In this document: piece by piece, positions 25,172 to 38,539 of the stretch | Layout of the letters: each line of letters opens with the position of its first letter | Position numbering within the stretch: position 1 is the stretch's first letter | Source: Eledone cirrhosa | Lineage: Eukaryota | Direction: 5' to 3' | DNA: 64,000 nucleotides | Assembly (NCBI GenBank): GCA_964016885.1 | Contig: OZ024740.1 | Span: 408,766,001 to 408,830,000, forward strand | Translations under genes and position numbers: made by a program | Notes under the pieces: model-generated | Seen by the model: only the letters and a program-made list of their open reading frames with translations | Told to the model about the DNA's origin: nothing | The model's database searches: none

Positions 25172-26164
25172 CTCCTCTTCTTCCTTCTTCTTGAGAGGGT
25201 CGTGAGGTCAGAGTCCTCAAACACTACTTCTAGTGGGTCCTGTCAGAAGCATCTATTTAAACTGATCTGGCTGGACCTCAAGTGAGACCAGCCATGGTCA
25301 TGGATGTTATCCAACCATCTTGCTTGGGGTCTATCTCTGGGTCTCTTGCTGGTTGATTTTGCCCATAAAACCTGTCCAACAATTCTTTCCTGAGACATTC
25401 TAACCACATGCCCATAGTATCAGAGCTGTGATGTCTCCATTTAGAGAAGTAACAGCTCTACCTGGAGTGACTCTCTCATCTCTAAGCTACACAGTCTATT
25501 GAGTACCGTTACTCTAAAGACCCTTTGGAGGAACAACATTTCGGCTGCTTGTATTCGCGATTGTATTCTTTTGGTCATTACCCAAGATACATTGATCATA
25601 GGTAAGGATTGAAGAATACCGAATTGAACATATCGAGTTTGGCTTTTACACCTATCTCCCTTTTAATTACCAAATGCTGAAGCTGGGGCATTACTGCACC
25701 AGCTCCTGTAATTCAGCCACATGCCTTCCATCCCTTGTGAACACAGTCCCAAGATACTTGAACTTCTTCACCTGCTTCAGTGGAATTCCATTCACATGTA
25801 GAGTACACTGCGCAAGCTTCCTTGAGAGGACGAATGTCTCAGTTTTTGCAGCACCGATTTTCTTTCCAGCCATGCAGCACTTCTGGTGCAAATCGGAGAT
25901 CACCTTCTGTTGAGTTAAGTAGCACCATGTCACCTGCAAATTCCAGCCAACTGATTTTACACCCACCAGTCATACCACTTCCAACCCAGCTGCGCATGTC
26001 AATCCTGTTCATGTAAATAATAAACAGGAGAGGTGACAGTACGCAGCGTTGGCAGAGTCAGACTATCACATCTCTCTGCATCACTTTGCCAAGCACTTAG
26101 CATAGACTTTACTGGGGAGGCTCAACAAGGAGATCCCTCTGTAATTGGAACAATCTCTCTTGTC
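25172..26164 (-). mobile_element. 5'-truncated, degenerate RTE-clade (Expander/REX3-like) LINE with (GAA)-type tail and 11-bp TSD
   Basis: TAGAAGGGCTT at 25161-25171 and 26165-26175; translation 'LKQVKKFKYLGTVFTRDG'; no PHD insert. Confidence 0.8.
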
Positions 26165-26819
26165 TAGAAGGGCTTTAGATAAATTAAAATTATATATTAA
26201 GATAGTAGAAAAACCAGGTATTCCTATAAAAGCCCTGATTAGCAGAACATACCCTTTAAGAAAACCCCCTGCACTGATAGAAAATGTATAGCCTGCATAT
26301 TAAGCTCACAGATTAACTGTAAAACTAGGAACATAGTTTATAGCATAAGATACACAGAGAGACAGTGTAAGAATAGGGACACAACATATATAGATAAGAC
26401 AGCCCGTAGCATAGGAGAAAGGATGAAAGAACACTGGTGAGAAACTCATCAGTACTCCACCACACCGAACAGATATGATACTCTCACAGATTATAGAAAT
26501 GAATTCTGACCAAAATTAAATAGAAAGCATTAATGGAATAATAACAACCTCACAACATAGTGACTAAGGACAATATAAAGACACACAAGGACAGAACTAA
26601 TAAAATACAGAGACAGACTCTCCCCTGCCATGCATGCACACACATACACACACATAAAATACAAAAATTCAGGATAACAACTAACTAATGACAAATAGGA
26701 AAGAGAGAAGGGAGAGAAAAAACCCACACACGGATGTAATACATGCACAGTCCAGGTGCACAGCTCAGAAAAAACATAGAGTATAAAACAACAAAGTGGA
26801 GACACAAAGTAACAAAAGT

Positions 26820-26852
26820 AGTCATTGAAGAGGTCACAAAATGTGTGGCGAC
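26820..26852 (+). ncRNA. Decayed hammerhead, homologue of 18136-18180
   Basis: agtca-TTGAAGA-ggtcac...gtggcga; the core is mutated and the 3' part deleted. Confidence 0.4.
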
Positions 26853-27212
26853 AACAATCCAGTTATTAAACTAATCAATGGAAAATTATAATAAATTGAA
26901 GTGAAATTCAACTGGTGCATGTGTTTTTATTGGCAGCATGACCCTCCCATTCGATCCTGTGCTAGCTGGCAGGTGGCAATATATTTTGCCGTTCTTGGGA
27001 CTTCTGTCCTAAGAAAGGAAAATGCTCTCTGATGATCCGAACATTTCCATTGGAGATCCCTAGGATCTCCAATCTTTTGTAAGGTGAAACCGTCGGTAAA
27101 AGCAAATGGATTAGGTAAATATTTAAATTATATTTTTTAATTTATTTTGAGAACTTGTTTGAATTTTACTTGCTCCGCTTATCTCAATATTATATATATA
27201 TATATATATATT

Positions 27213-28373
27213 AGGAAAGGCGTAGGTAGAAATTCCATTTTGTGTCCTAAATGCAAAGTTTGGGTGCATAAAAGATGTAGTGGGATCACAGGTAAGCTAA
27301 CTAAGAACATAGATTTTACATGTGGCCGGTGTTCTGGGGCAATAAGTAGCAGCAAGTGCCCACAAAATACTAGCTCTTTCAACTGCGCAGAGGGTTCTAT
27401 AGAAATAGTGGACAGCTTCCGTTACCTGGGTGACAAAATCAGCAGTGGGGGAGGGTGCTCTGAAAGTACAGTAGCTAGAGTCAGAACTGGGTGGAAAAAG
27501 TTCAGAGAGCTTATACCACTATTAGCCGCTAAAGGGTTCTCCCTAAAAATGAAAGGCAGGCTGTACGATGCCTGCATACGAACAGCAATGTTGCATGGCA
27601 GTGAGACCTGGGCATTGTGCGCAGAGGATATACGCAGACTAGAGAGGAACGAAGCTTGCATGCTCCGCTGGATGTGTAATAGTAATATACGTGAACGACA
27701 AAGCATAAACGAACTAAGGAAAAAAAAAATTAGAAATAAGAGGGATCAGATGTTGTTTACTAGAGAGAAGGCTACGTTGGTATGGTCACGTGATGCGCAT
27801 GAAGGACGATAGCTGTATAACAAAGTGCAGGGCAATAAAGATAGACGGTAGCCACGGAATAGGCAGACCCAGAAAAACCTGGGACGAGCTGATAAACTCC
27901 GACCTCACACACTTACACCTCACCAAGACAATGTCACTGGACCGAGACCTTTGGCGGTACTCAGTAATAGAGAAGACCCGCCTTACCTAAATACAAAGTA
28001 AAACCTACTACAGTCAGTAGGCATCTCTAACAAAATACACCCCCGTCCCCCCACCCCATCCACACCGCCCCCTTCTATGTAAAGTTATGTTGGTGCCGCG
28101 CCATCCAGGCCGAAACAAATGAGATCGTGTAGGTGTCACGACAAAAAAACACAGTCCACGCTGTAATGTGGCCGTGTAGGCAACACGGTAAAAACCTCCC
28201 AGACCCACACTGTAAATGTGGTTGGTGTTAGGAAGGGCATCCAACTGTAGAAAACCCGCCAGACAGTCCTATGCGAGCAAGACAACCACTCTTGCCTCAA
28301 GTGGGAAAACCCCCGTCCAAACCCAGGCAAGCGTGGAACACGGACGTTAAACGTTGATGATGATGATGATGAT
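27213..28373 (+). mobile_element. RTE LINE subfamily A, 5'-truncated, frameshift in an A-run at ~27720, inserted in (TA)n
   Basis: ORFs 27147-27812 and 27790-27990 match the C-terminus of 60688-62730; (TA)n on both flanks. Confidence 0.93.
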
Positions 28374-30011
28374 ATATATATATTATATATATATGCTTGA
28401 ATTACAGTGAGAAAATAATAATGGTAGTCATGGGAAACGGGGGGAGGGGGATGTGTATATGGTATTGGATGACAGCCAAGTATGATTCTTGGCCCATAGA
28501 GATGAAAACCAGTAACCTCAGAAAGTATTAAGTTATAGGGGAACTGTAGTGTTGAGGTTATCACACCCTGCTATCAGTCTGAGGTGGTTAGAAAGAATAG
28601 TGGAAGCGATGATGGTGATTGGATAGTTTGTTTTTAATAGACTTCAGCTGGCCAACTTCACTTCTGAACTTTCTTATCTCATCTGCTGCTGCTCACTTAT
28701 CATTGGATGTCATCTTTCATCCCTTCTCTCTCTCTCTTCCCCCATGCTCTCTCTCTCACACCATGCACACACACACTCTTGTTCCTCCTCACCTATGTTT
28801 CTTTAATCCTATTCACTTACCTCTTCCTGTCTTGTCTTCCCATCTCTCTATCTTCCTGGATTTGTTGCTGTATTCTTTTTCAATCAGTTCCCAATTCCTT
28901 GGTAATCATCAGTCTTTGCCTAAATATATTCTGAATGAACTGAAGTCAAACCAGAGGATGTGGTAATAAAATTCTCTGTAAAAGCAAAAAGAAATGTGAT
29001 ACAGTCTTGTGGTATATATTAGAGAATTTTTTTAAATGACAACCCTTGTTTGAAAGTGTTGGATGTTGTTACTTAGAGCTGAGTCAACCATGATCCAGCA
29101 GATCTTTAACCCAAGGCATTCCAGCTGTTACTGTCTAGTTTTTCTTTTCAAATTTAGTCTACATTATTCAATGTCTCCTCTCATTCTTGATAGTATGGCA
29201 TTTCAGGGAGATTTTACTGCTGTTTCTTGGAGTTTGTGTAACCACATAGAGGCCCTGTTGCTGAGTGAAATGTTAGCATCATTTTTTTTTCTAATGATAG
29301 AAATAAGGTATATGGAAGAGAGGTTTCTGATGACAATTCCTAACTTCTGGTAGTTTTCAAATCATTTTGAAAATATCAGGAATTTAGTAATATACTAGCT
29401 ATCTCATTATTAATCTGATCTTAATAAAGTTCTTACATAAAATTCTGATGTAAGGTATTTAGATAGGTATAAGCACTTTAAAATAAACAGCTAAAGTAAG
29501 GCCATATATATAGACACTCTAGAACCAGGGGTGGTTTGAGTTGGTTTGTTGTCAAAAGGGGGAAAGCTTAGAACAGCAAAAAACTTAAAACCATATATGC
29601 ATTGAAAGAAAAAACAATTTTAGTTAATGATTAATATTCTAATTTTTTGGGTCGTTGGCAAGTATGGGAGGAGACAGCTCTGGCTATGTTTCGCTCTGTT
29701 GGAATTCTTTAGCCAAAGTGCAGACACACCCTAATTTGCTGCAGCATTAGCTCTAGAATTAAGTAAACATGCTAAAATATATATTTATTGGTGTAGAAGA
29801 GAAATAATGAAAAATCAAATTAACCCTAAGTCACTGCAAATAAACAGTATCTAATATTTGGCTTTATAACGATTAAAACATTAAATATGCTGTCACCTAC
29901 TTAAATTATGTGGATAGCATCTCAAATACACTATAATGTATCAAATAGCAAATATTAATAGCATATTGTACATCTGCAAATCTGAGGTGGTTCTGTACAA
30001 AACAATATATT

Positions 30012-30180
30012 AAGCACATGCACAGCTGTGTGGTTAAAAAGTTGTCTTAGTAACTATATGGTTCTGGGTTTGATCCGACTGTGTAGCAAATTAGGCAAGT
30101 GTTTTTTACTGAAACCTCTGGTTCTCCAATACGTTGTCAATGGAATTTGGTAGACAGAAATGTTGCTGAAGCCTGTCATA
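30012..30180 (+). mobile_element. Old CORE-like tRNA SINE. Related relics at about 15715-15805 (-), 31895-32005 (-), 44820-44950 (+)
   Basis: 'gctgtgtggttaa...atggttctgggtttgatcc...ggcaagtgttt...gaatttggtagacagaaa'; strongly diverged. Confidence 0.45.
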
Positions 30181-30851
30181 TCTATGTCTGTACATGCTGG
30201 TGTTTATGGTAAAGCTGGTATTATTTATCATATGGCCTTTTGTCTCATAACTGTGCTGTTCAACAAATACAGATCAATGGCATAAGAATCAGATTGGAAA
30301 TTTGGGGAGTGGGAGTAGGGGTATTAGTGAAAGCAGTGGCCCAGCATGGCTAAATTCTAATGACAGAAACTAGTAAAAAAAAAAAGAATATTTTCAAAAC
30401 CATCACTTCATTTATTTCTCTTTATTGGTTTTTGTTGTTATTATTTACTGTTTGTATTTTTTGTTTTTGTAAATTCTTTTTAGTATCACCATGGAGAATA
30501 AATTGGCTGATGATTCTAAATGTGGCATTTTCCACTAGAAACCTGCTAGCTTTCAGAATAGTAATCTGGTTAAAGTACTTAATGCATGACTGTGTAAGCC
30601 AGCATGTATGTGTATATATATATACATATATATTGATTTGTAATTAGATTTTTATTTCAAGATATATATTTCTGAAGTATTCTGAAGTATGTTGGGTAGA
30701 TTATGTATTGGTAATAATGAAGGCTATTTCCTAAGATGTACAGAACTGAGGGTGTATGTGTGTGTATTGCATGTATGCACCTATCTATTTGTCTTTCTAT
30801 CTTGTCTCTGTATGTCTGTCTCTGCCCATTCTATCTGTCTATGGTTGTTCT

Positions 30852-31038
30852 ATCGACGGGGTATTAAACAACCCATTTGTGGCGCCTCCCCCCTATTGGG
30901 GATTTCGATTGTTGAAATTGTTTGTTTTTATATTTTTTACACGACTGTATGTAAAATCCCCGGCATGTCTTTGTATTGTCCCCTTTCTTGTTGCGCCCTT
31001 GTGGCTAATAAAGAAATCTATCTATTTATCTCTATATA
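30852..31038 (+). mobile_element. Solo 3'UTR of a Tx1-like LINE related to 53905-59535, set in TCTA-rich sequence
   Basis: Shares 'ggcgcctcc.c.ctattg.ggattt', 'tttgta.ttgtccc' and 'gccct.gtggc.aataaa.gaaa' with 59365-59533, followed by TCTATCTA. Confidence 0.65.
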
Positions 31039-32786
31039 CACATGCATACCCATACACACAAATGGACACCCATATCTACATGAGTGTGTGTGGGTATACA
31101 TTTATTTTGTATGTCACATTTTGTGAAGAAAGCAATGTTAGTTGCAGGTTCCTAATGGGCCATCCTCTGCTTTTTTGTATTTAAGATGTTGAGAGTGACA
31201 AGAGACTGCCAATGCAAACAAATAGAACATAGTAGTTTAGTTTTGAAAAAAAAAATGGTTTATCAGATTTCAAGATAATTACATATTTTGCTGATATACA
31301 GACATCCTAGAGTGTATCCTCCCTCACAAAGGGCCACTAAACCTATTGGCATAAAGTTTTTCACCAATACTTCTCCAACCTCTTGTCCACAGATGCACTG
31401 TCTCTTCACTCTGCCTCTTTTGTTGCTCCTAGTGTCCTCTGTCCCATGAAACTGGCTGATCTCATGGCACCCTTCACTTAGGACCCAGTCACTTTCTTGT
31501 TTCTTCTCCTTTCATCACCCATAATCAACCCATGCAGTAACCACTTTTTCCATTCTCCATTCTGTCAACCCACTGGAATTCCGCCCCTGTCTATGTTTTT
31601 CTTGCAGTTGTTGGAGAAAAATATAAACTATATTAATCTCATTACTGTCAGAGAACTAATGACAGTCATATTCACAGCCTCTTCCTCCACACAAATGTCT
31701 TTTAAAATAAAAATGCATTGGTTAAAGATATGCACCACTACCAACATCATTATTTGTATATCTATTTTCCTATACTGACAACTTTTTGAGGCAGTGTGTT
31801 ATGGCTGGATACCCTTCCTGAAGCCAACTCTTTTTGTCACCTACAGTATGCAGGGATATACACAAGCAGACATGTATGCATACACACATACAACAAACAA
31901 TTTCTGTCTACCAAATTCTATAGATGACATGTGATGTTATGTGCAGTGGTATGGTATCTGGAACCATGTGGTTGTGAACCAAACTTCATAACCACACAAC
32001 CATCTCTACATACTGTATATATGTGAAGTAAATAAACAAATGGAGATGTGGACCCCTCAAATCAAATCATAAGGCAACTTGCCTAGAAGTGCTACCCTCT
32101 CTAGTGCTAGTGGCATGATAAAATGCATCCAGTCCATGCTGTAAAGGGGTTGGTGTAAAAACCCTACTAAAGAATAAAGATTGCAACAAGTTGGCCAGGT
32201 CATTAAAGACCATGGCAAGTGGTGAGTCCTTGTTTGGCCAACATAACAAATATCAACATGAAAAAAGATGTAAAATGGTGGGGATGTAGAAGGCTAATTG
32301 AAAAATATGTATGATTCTGGTTGTTAACTCTTGATGCCAAAGTTAGTTATATTAAATCTCTCCAAATCCTCAATTATTTTCAAAATGATTTGAAAATTAT
32401 AGACAGTGTCATTCATTAGAGATATAGCAGATCCTTCTTTCTTTTTTCTCTTCCTTTTAATAGTGTGTTAGGTTTTTAATAGATACTGCTCAATTATTTT
32501 TATTTAATATCAATGGCTCTTCATGACATTTTGTATATTGAATAAATATGTTGTTATTTAACCCTAAATTGACCTTGATTGAACATACCTCTGATCAAAG
32601 CCATTCTGTCAGTGACCATTCCAACCTTTTTGGAGACCAGAGTGTATCTAGGAGCATGTCACTCACTGCACCCCTTATTTCTGAAGGTAGTACTGTGTGA
32701 GTAGAGGGATATTTGACTGGTATCTCCAGCATGTTGAATAAATGAGTTAAGTGTTCTCATTATTTTTTTTTATACTATGTTATCCT

Positions 32787-32835
<49 letters not shown>

Positions 32836-35800
32836 TGGAGTGTTAAAAGTTGCTTTTGTCAAAGAGTCACAATGTTTGTGTTTTTTATTTGATCCGGGCA
32901 TATCTAACGTTGCTCTTAAAATATCTACCTTAGCCTCCTTGTCTCTGTTAAAATTGTATGTAGACACAAGCTAGTTTCTCTACTAGTGCTCTTGTGTACC
33001 TGCTTGTACATGTTTTCATGTACAGCTATATACAAACCTGCGTACAGTTTGTTTTTTTAATACACAGTTTGATGTTTCACAGAAAATGACATATATTTTG
33101 TCAGTTTGGACTAGCTAGCAGGTGGATGATTGAAATAAGCAAACAATTAGAAACTTGATGTAATATATATTTTGCTATAAATTATGTGATGCACACAAAT
33201 TAGAGCAGCAGAATTACAAAACTACACACAATAAATTAACCAGTGTTCAGTCAGTGGTATTTGATTTCACCAACCTTTGAATAAATGACATGCTAAACTC
33301 ACTGCTTACATTTATAAATCTATAGAGTTAACTGTTCTAAATCAGTCAATTTTCTTAGAAAATGTAAAAATTATTCTGAACAACCTTTTTTACATTGATA
33401 TTTTGGCTAACATAGCTTTGTTTATTATTTAAAAAAAAAATTTAAGTAGATGATTTTTATTTCTAACAGCTTAATTGTGAAGTTAGGAATTGAGTGAACT
33501 CTTTGGATACCAACCCAGCCAAAACTGGCTCTGCTTCTATGAAACAAAACCACCTACTTTAAAGGGTTCCTATTTGAATTTAAACCTTCTAACATAATTT
33601 TATATAAGAACCATATGTTATATCTTAGTAATGAAATAATTAATAATTTTTGTAAATACCTCAAAATACTTCATTAATTAACTGAATAGAGTGTAGTTCA
33701 TTAGAAATGCAGCCATAAAAGGATTAACATTTGAATTACATGTCATATTTAACACTCTACCTAATTTTCTAATCCACTACTGCCTACTAATAAATATGAA
33801 GATAATAAGCAGTACAGTTATGTTCCTTGTTTTTGAGTGACTAATAAGCCAAGCCACACAGATGTAGTGTAATTACAAAACGGATTGTGGTTCAGTGTTA
33901 AGCTGTAGGACAATTATGATTTTACCATTGTAAATTAGTAATTATAATGAGTGGTAAGCATTTGGTAAGTTGAAACTACTACATAGTTTTGGTTCCTGTT
34001 TATCTTGTTTAACAATCTCATTTACTCTTTATAATTTTGAAGCTCAAGATAAAAAATATTTAACACTGTTTTATTTCTCTTGATAATTTAATACAGAAGA
34101 AAGAACAGTGCCCTTAACATTGTCTCAAATTGACAGGAGTTAAAGTTAATTTTAAAAACTTCTGAATTTATGTATGGTTGGGTGAGGCTAGGTTTACTTA
34201 CCACATAGTCATAAATACATACATTTTGTTGTTTTTATGTACATTGTTTTAATTGTCTCAGCTTGTCTGGTAACAATAAGACATTTCTACTATTTCACCA
34301 GTGAGTGGTTTATGATAAGTAGGGCATTATGGTAAAAGTTATATCATTAGCTTTTCAGGTATAGAAACATATATAAACTTGAACATTATCCAACACAAGC
34401 ATGCAAACATGGTTGTAAAACTGTTATTATTGTAAGTAGGGACAGATATTGAAAATTTGATTGAATCAAGGAGTTTAATATTGTCTCAGCACTTGGATAT
34501 ATAGAAATATATTTAGGATATTTTACTGTAGAGGGTAAACATTGGTATAACAAATTATCAACCAAAAGCCATATCACAGACAATATGTAAACATATTTAC
34601 ATACACCCAAACACAGTCATACATTCATCTCTCTGTAATGACACTGAACAAAAAGACAATGAATTTTGCTTTTACTTTCTCTATATTGAATATATTATAG
34701 AACTGAGGCCATGGTGCACATTAATAGCTTTGTGCTTAGAATATATATTGAACTTGAAAGGTAGCAGAAATTTTCTTCTCTAATATGAAAATAGAAACCA
34801 TTTACTGAATTGTGCACTGAATTTCATTCATTGAATTATTGAATTAACCTTTTTATAAAGAATTGGATATCATTTACTTTTTATATATTTAATAATTGAT
34901 ATTTATGGTTTTAATCTGAGTAGGTACTGCCTACCTTGCTTACTCCGATGGCATGTCCCTGGTTCAACTATACTGCAGTATACAACAGATTTGAAATCAT
35001 GTTTTAATTGAGTCATCTATTCTTTCAAAGGGTTATAAAAGCAACATTATTTTAGAGAAACTTCTGATAGTCTTTCTTATATGGAATTGTGTATGTATGG
35101 TCCCGTAACTCCTGATTGAGTCGTAGTGTTGTTGTATTGACATACAGCGTTTCTTGGGCATTTTCTAAGCCTGGCAGAACCCAATGTCTGAATACAGCAA
35201 ATTTCTTCTAGAGAAGGATAGAAAATGAGAGAGAATCAACCCAGTACTAAATTGGTACATTTTTTATTGATCTCGAAAGGACGAATGGTAAAGTTTAAGT
35301 AGGCAGGATTTGAACTAAGAGAGCAGAGAGCTGGAACAAATATGAAAAAGCACTCTATCTGATCTACTAACAACGTTGCCAATTAGCTGCCTTCTTATAT
35401 GGAATTAAGGAGATCAATTAGCAGAGTTGTTTAAGCATTAATGTAAAATGCTTTGTTGTATTTGTTCTGACTCTCTGTGCTCAAATCCTGCTATAGTCAT
35501 TTTTATTTTTCATCCATTTAAGGGTGACTAAAATAAAAAGTACCAGTCTAGGGTGGGGAGTTGGTGGAATGTCAGATGAAATGTCTTGTGGTATTTGTCC
35601 TGCAACTTACTTGGGTCATAGACATAATTCATCACCTGGTCCTTGGGTTTTGAGCCAGGTCTCTGGTTTGAAGATACTTACTTCTCCTCCTCCCATCAGT
35701 CTTGAATTCCCTGAAAAGCATTACAGACACTGCCCTTTCTTTCCTGAGTAAACAGTAAAAAAAGGAAGAAAGAAAAATAGTACTTTATGGTAGGATGTAT

Positions 35801-36121
35801 AGAAAATGGATAGATTTTGCTCCAACTGTCCATTTCTGACAACTGCTCCATCATATTTTTACTTAAGTTAAACTAGATTTCATGAAATAAAATACAGCAT
35901 AAACACTGGAGATGCCAAAAATAGCAACAATAACAACAACAATACCCAAATCATGAGATACAATGATTGAGGTTAACATGATTGATTGGCTATTGACCAT
36001 ATGGATATGAATTCAAACTTTACTACAGCCATATTGTATTGGTGAATTGACATCAATAGTTGAGCATTGGACGACTTAATGTTCTGAGTTGTGCCTTTAT
36101 TCTTCTGAGGTTGATAAAATA

Positions 36122-36327
36122 ATGGTTTCTACTTTAGGCACAAGGCCGGCAATTTGGATGGGGGAGAGTCGATTAAATCGACCCCCAGTGCAATACTGGT
36201 ACTTTATTTTATCTACCCCGTAAGGATGAAAGGCAAAGCTACAGGGTCAATAAAATAAAGTACTAGTAATGCACTGGGGCCGATTTAATCGACCCCCTCC
36301 CAATTGCTGGCCTTGTGTAGAAAATAA
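36122..36327. mobile_element. Two family-2 SINE 3' halves joined in inverted orientation, inside an older SINE
   Basis: 36122-36238 is the minus-strand 3' half and 36241-36327 the plus-strand 3' half; AAAATAATG occurs at both ends. Confidence 0.7.
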
Positions 36328-36965
36328 TGTCATCAGATTCTGGTGTTGATCTAAATCACTATAATCCACTCTCAAAATTTATGACCATTTGCATATGCTA
36401 GAAATCATTAGTATATTTTTCAGCAAAGTACACCCACTTGGCCACTAGTCAACTTGGTTGACAACTTGCTCCACTTTTATTCTTATTCCATTGCCAAGTT
36501 ATTAGAATAGTATCCATCAGTAAATATACTTCTTACAAACATTCAACCAACAATATCCAAATATTTAATTGGCAAAAACAAACAAAAACGGTTGCAATCT
36601 CTTCCCACCCATATTCAGTTATAAAATAGACATAAATAAAACTAGCACAGGGACACTATCAGCATGAACAATAATGGTGAAGATAACATTTACGTATTTA
36701 ATGTAGAGGGCATGAGAAAGTTAACTAGAAATAATTATGCGGTGAGGAAAGAGCATGTCAGTGACACATTTGAATAATTTTGGCAATTACTTGAGACAGC
36801 TCTGAACATATTTCTGTCTTATTATAAACTTATCAGTAAGCATAGATTATTTATGGTTTACTTTTTAAAGCTTTCTGCTTAAAATATGTTGACATTAATT
36901 TAAATTATAATATTAACAACATTAGCTGTTTATAAAGCAGCTAATTGTATCCTGAAACAAATCCT

Positions 36966-37155
36966 ATCATCATCATCATCATCGTTTTACGTCCATTCTT
37001 CCACGTTAGCATGGGTTAGACGGGTTCTGTTGTGGGCAATGCCAGGTCAGGTGACCATGTCTTGCTCATACAGGAACTGATTTTGGCTTGATTTCTACAG
37101 CTGGATGACCTTCCTAACCTCATTTACAGTGAGTACGGGGTGCTTTTTTACTGTA
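36966..37155 (-). mobile_element. RTE subfamily B 3'UTR fragment
   Basis: (CAT)n tail; homology to 49342-49540. Confidence 0.8.
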
Positions 37156-37590
37156 TGTCCTGATCTAGAATGACTGACATAAAAGAAAAGAGAGGACCTT
37201 TCTTTCTGGAATGTTATTTTCCTCACATTCTTGTATTAATTTGGACAATATGTTATTCACTATTTGAACTTAAACCTAGCAATAAGTTTCAATCTTCTAA
37301 ACTAAACATTAGTGATACTGAGTAAATTGAGTAAGTCTCTCCATTGTTGCTGAACCCACAAAAATAACAGCTAAATCACCCTTAAATTGTACCTGTCTTG
37401 AAAAAGGAAGAGTACATTGGTTAATCTAGTCTGTATTACACTGCCTGAAAAAGGAAAAAAAGAAACAAACACAATACTGGTTCTATAGGGCAGGGAACTG
37501 AATATTTCATGATGACCCCTCCCCCATTACAGATCTCATGTCAAAAGTAAACATAAGCAGTATTACAGCTTTAATAAGACTGATCAAGAC

Positions 37591-38539
37591 TCATCATCAT
37601 CATCACCGTTTTACATCCGTTCTTCCATGCTAGGATGGGTTAGACGGGTTGTCCTGTTGTGGGCAGTGTCTGGTCGGGTGACCTTGTCTTGCTCATACAG
37701 GAACTGATTTTGACTTGATTTCTACAGCTGGATGCCCTTTCTAACACCAACCTCATTTACAGTGTGGGCTGGGTGCTTTTTTGCCGTGGCACTTCCACGA
37801 CCACTTTGTAGTGGGAGGGTGTGGGGGGCATATTGTCTATATGCTTCAGCTTCGGCTTGTACCCATGGGAGGTCGGGTACTCTGTATTACTGCGTGACGC
37901 CAGAGGTCACAGTCGTGTGTCATCGTCTTTGAGAGGTGTAATTGGGTAAGGTCGGCTTTTATCACCTCATCCCAGGTCTTCTTGGGTCACCCCACTCCGC
38001 GGTTTCCATTGACTTCTAGTGCTCTGCACCTTTTTATGCAGCTGTCATCCTTCATACGCATCACATGTCCATACCAACGCAACCGTCTCTCCTGCACACA
38101 GCATTTGATTCCTCTTATGCTCAGTCTCTCTATCATTTCATTTATGCTTTGCCGTTCGCGTATATTACTATTACACATCCATCGGAGCATGCAGGCTTCG
38201 TTTCTTTCTAATCTACGTAAGTCTTCCACCTTCAGCGCCCAGGTCTCACTACCATGTAACATTGCTGTTCGTATACACACATCATGCAGTCTGCCTTTCA
38301 TTCTGAGGGAGAAGCCTTTTGCAGCTAGCAGTGGTAGTAGTTCCCTAAACTTCTGCCATCCCGTTCTTACCCTAGTTATTGTACTTTCTGAACACCCACC
38401 TCTGCTGCTAATTCGGTCACCTAGGTAGCAGAAGCTGTCTACTGTTTCTACAGAGCCCTCCCAGAAATTGGTGGTACTTGTTTCCTGTGGCTGTTTGCTG
38501 CTTGCTGTCCCAGCACAGCTGCTACATGTGAAGCCTAAC
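37591..38539 (-). mobile_element. RTE LINE subfamily B, 5'-truncated
   Basis: ORF 37987-38541 is nearly identical to the C-terminus of 49653-52148; same 3'UTR and (CAT)n tail. Confidence 0.92.

Larger units (their letters stand above)
24730..26950 (+). mobile_element. Degenerate Penelope-like element (RT C-terminus, Cys linker, GIY-YIG, pLTR) interrupted by an RTE
   Basis: ORF 24847-25170 resumes after 26175 as 'KIVEKPG...CIAC...NCKTRNIVYSI...YIDKTARSIGERMKEHW'. 26500-26950 is homologous to 17880-18330, and 24730-24780 is an inverted copy of 18340-18392. Confidence 0.75.
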
